In this document: positions 60,793 through 64,000 of the stretch, one piece after another
How the letters are laid out: each line of letters begins with the position of its first letter
How positions within the stretch are numbered: position 1 is the first letter of the stretch
Source of the DNA: Eledone cirrhosa
Lineage: Eukaryota
NCBI GenBank assembly: GCA_964016885.1
Contig: OZ024741.1
Location: 396,924,001 to 396,988,000 of the forward strand
Length of the DNA stretch: 64,000 nucleotides
Reading direction: 5' to 3'
Program-made: the position numbers and the translations under genes
The notes under the pieces: generated by a model
The model's database searches: none
Told to the model about the DNA's origin: nothing
Seen by the model: the letters and a program-made list of their open reading frames with translations, nothing else

Positions 60793-61084
60793 AATAATTT
60801 TCTTTTATAACAGCTGTAAAGGTGTGGCCATTCCAATTCATATCGAAATTGCTTTTAGTTGTCAAATTTGTCGAAGTACCTGGAGCATGTAATTATGTAA
60901 ACATCAATTTTCCGTTAAAGAGCACATTAAAGAGAACATGTTTTAATAAGGCAGTAATTAATCAATATTGTACGTTCAACTTTATTGACAAATTACATGC
61001 ATGTGTAGCATGCATCGGGTATTCTATATTGGTTTCTAACATGGGCCTAAAACCAGACATTTTTAGTAAACATGAAGTCAATTA

Positions 61085-61345
61085 ATGGTGGTGAATTGGT
61101 GAACCTTGGGCTTGCAATCGAAAAGTTGTGAGTTCAATTCTCGGACCGGGTGATGTGTTGTTTCCTTGAGCAAGACACTTTATTTCACGTTGCTCCAGTT
61201 TACTCAGCTGTAGAAATGAGATGATAGGACTGGGGTCCCTATCATTAAATCACCCAAGACACCTCCAACGAGATATACCTTAGAGGAGGCCAGCTAAACC
61301 TGCATCATAGGTGTGAGCTGTCACACATACACATAGGTGTCACAC
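61085..61345 (+). mobile_element. SINE family 2
   Basis: Homologous to the reverse complement of 5480-5712. Confidence 0.75.
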
Positions 61346-61348
61346 ACA

Positions 61349-61815
61349 ATTGGCAGAGTCGTTAGAACGTCGGATAAAATCCATTGCGGTATTCGTTCCG
61401 TCTCTCTGCTCTCTGAGTTCAAATCCTACCGATGTGAACTTTGCCTTTTATCAATTCAAGGCGAATAAAAAATGTATCAGTCAAGTACTGGGGTTGCTTC
61501 TTCCTCTATATCTCTTGCTCACTTCCATTTTCTCATCCCCTATCCTCTTCTGGAACAAATGGGCTGTATTCAGACCTGGAGAGGAGGTGGGCTCTACCAG
61601 ATTTAAAATGCCCTAGAAATACTGTATTTCACTATGGCGTCCCTACGGCTACCCCAGAGTTATGGGATAACAAAGAAGAATGTCAAAGGCAGCGAATTGG
61701 CAGAGTCGTTAGAACGTCAGATAGAATGATTTACGGTATTCTTTCCGTTTCTCTGCTCTCTGAGTTCAAATGCCGTCGAGGTCAACTTTACCTTTCATCC
61801 TTCCGAAGTCGATAA
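61349..61815 (+). mobile_element. Two diverged SINE family 1-related copies (~61349-61495, ~61687-61815)
   Basis: TTGGCAGAGTCGTTAGAACGTC A-box region, CTGAGTTCAAAT B-box, partial central domain. Confidence 0.7.
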
Positions 61816-61816
61816 T

Positions 61817-62097
61817 AAACGCATGCGCAGAGACGGAGACAAAAATAAATAAATAAATAAAAATGGCGTAAACATTACAATACAATAGGAGGGAACATGA
61901 TAATAGTAACACTGATGATGTTGCAGATGTGTAACTAAACTTTGATAGACTTGGTCAATCAATGATAAACGTTGATTGCCAAATAAATTAACTATGGAGA
62001 TATAAAAGATACAGAAGCGAAAACCAACCAAACAGTGAGTGTGTTCTGTTATTATTTCTGGCAATATTATTACAACAATATGACCCTCCCCAAGTAT

Positions 62098-62103
<6 letters not shown>
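61817..62103 (+). mobile_element. Solo 3' terminal remnant of the PLE 2 family
   Basis: Matches 20830-21183 including a decayed hammerhead (CTGATGATGTTGCAGATGTGTAAC) and the terminus GACCCTCCCCAAGTATAACAA-(TA)n. Confidence 0.85.
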
Positions 62104-62132
<29 letters not shown>

Positions 62133-62134
<2 letters not shown>

Positions 62135-63095
62135 CTGCAAAGAATTCTATGCTTATCATATCATTTCATGATACGTGATCACTTCAACCAAGTTCTGTGA
62201 TTCAAAGAAGTAACCAGCCAGTTCATGGTGGAGATGTATGCCAGAATTGAAATAGAAAGATTTAGTTTCCTGCAAAGGAAGGTGCAAGATAAATATAAGA
62301 CCAGATGTTGATAAGATCATTTCAGCAGAGTTGCCTGATAAAGATGGTTACCCAGAGCTCTTTGAAACAATCAAGTCCAAACCCATTCATTGTCCATGTG
62401 GAGTCATCAATCCAGCACCTCCCTGCATGAAAGATCAAAAATACAGCAAATATTATCCTCAAGCTTTTATTCAGAAAACTCGGACTGAGAATGATGGATA
62501 CCTTCTTTCCAGTGGACACTAAAAGAAGACCCTAGAAGAAGCAGCAGTCACTCGGGTAACCAGTCAAATAAGACCGCTGTTTGCTATTATGATCACAGCA
62601 TGTGAAATTGAGGAAACTCATCTACGCTGGCAGGAGTACAAAAACAAAATGTCAGACGACTGTCTACACCTAGCTCGAAGACATCATGACAATGTGTATA
62701 TGGAATATACTCCCAGGATTTACAATCAAGCTCTGTGCTGACCTGTCCCATTGAGTTCAGGCAATGAGTAGCACATTAGCTAACTACGGGATGCCAGAGT
62801 CAGATGAAGAAATGAAGGTAGTACAAGAAATTCTTCAGGAGACAAACTACGATATTCAAGACTTGCGTAAGTTTGTGGATGAAAATGAACCTCGATTGGT
62901 GGAAGACCAGAAATACGCCTACCACAGCATCATGAATAACATTCAAAATGACAGGGGAGGACTTTTCTTCATCGATGCTCCTGCTGATACGGGTAACACA
63001 TTCCTCATAAACGTCCTGCTTGCAGAAATTCGCCAAAAGCAACATATTGCCCTTGTCGTGGCTTTAAGAGGCATTGCAGCAACACTTCTGAAATA
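62133..63095 (+). pseudogene. Helitron Rep/Pif1 helicase fragments
   Basis: FMVEMYARIE, IISAELPD...HCPCG..NP..PCM...YPQAF, FFIDAPADTGNTFLIN...GIAATLL (decayed Walker A). Confidence 0.8.
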
Positions 63096-63109
63096 CATTA
63101 TTATATTTG

Positions 63110-63302
63110 GGGACGGTGGATTGGCAGTATCGGTAGAGGGTCGGACGCTATGCTTTGAAACATAGAGTTACGCCCCTTGCCATTCTGAGTTCGAATCTCG
63201 CCGAGGTTAACTTTTCCTTTCAACCTTACGGGGTCGATAAAATAAAGTACCAGTAATGCACTGAGTAATTGCTGGCCTTGTGCCAAAAAGTAGAAACAAT
63301 TA
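63110..63302 (+). mobile_element. SINE family 1 with ~16-bp TSD
   Basis: ATTATTATATTTGGGG at 63097-63112 and 63299-63314. Confidence 0.88.
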
Positions 63303-63430
63303 TTATATTTGGGGGCGGTCATTTTGCAATTATTGCCAATACACACGCACCATATACTTTTCACTTTATCTTTATCTTCCAGCGCGTCTCCCTTGCCGTC
63401 CGCCGGGGCTGTGTGTGTGTGGGGGTGGGT

Positions 63431-63471
<41 letters not shown>

Positions 63472-64000
63472 GAATATGATTGAGTGACTTGTCATTTTAT
63501 CAGTCAACTGTTGCTGTCGTTAGATAACTAGGTGTCTGTAGATGAATGTTGATACTCGTTTGGTTTTCTCGATCTTGCAAACACTTTATCTTTATTGTTC
63601 GTTATTCATTTGTTTAGCAAGGTTCTTTCGTCACATGATGCATTGCATAACAGTTGTAAAGGAATCATGATAAACACAGGTTGTGTACACGGAGACAAAA
63701 ATTAAAAAAAATATTTGATTCATGGGCAGCCTACGTATTGTCGGTTAGACTGACTAGGGTAAAAACAGAATATAGAAATAACAGTTTATAACTTAACTGT
63801 TGATACACAGACTTAGGTAATTGTCTAAGTGTTCGGATGAACTTTCTCTTTTTCTTCCAGATCATTTTAAACGATCTTCCCTAAACCGAAACTCACAGCG
63901 CCTTCATCTGGTAGCTGTTGTGCTTGCACAAAATAAGGAAGTTTTGTACGGTCGTAGCTTTTTACCTTCAACTGCCAGACTTTCGAACTCGACTCCTTCT

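Noticed and set aside
63421-63468. Long poly-G run as a functional G-quadruplex
   Set aside because: Homopolymer whose length is error-prone; no supporting context

Overview
Eukaryotic, gene-free, repeat-saturated DNA. The SINE types and microsatellite load suggest an invertebrate, probably a cephalopod/mollusc; this is inference only. No host gene, rRNA, true tRNA or CRISPR is supported. The window falls into zones. (1) 1-5.9 kb: tRNA-derived SINEs, a hAT/Buster DNA transposon with TIRs and an 8-bp TSD, and an RTE fragment. (2) 5.9-12.3 kb: a CA-derived satellite. (3) 12.3-27.4 kb: a (TA)n zone with two long palindromic Penelope-like elements (RT + GIY-YIG), an RT-deleted Naiad-like element and about 12 hammerhead-ribozyme motifs, including two with ~65-70 nt insertions in stem II, a decayed type III motif and a perfect mini-palindrome. 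(4) 28-60 kb: an (AAT)n zone with a head-to-tail array of Tx1/L1-clade LINEs (all minus strand) interleaved with R4/Dong-like LINEs (plus strand) and SINEs. (5) 60-64 kb: SINEs plus CRE-like and Helitron remnants. Most notable: the dominant SINE shares its ~30-nt 3' tail and ATT-type target with the Tx1-like LINEs; the Tx1 copies carry a conserved hairpin/GGTAAGT/pyrimidine module just before ORF2 that also marks an ORF1-swap breakpoint; and the two palindromic Penelope-like elements fold back at nearly the same internal position. All structure calls were made by eye, with no folding or database search.
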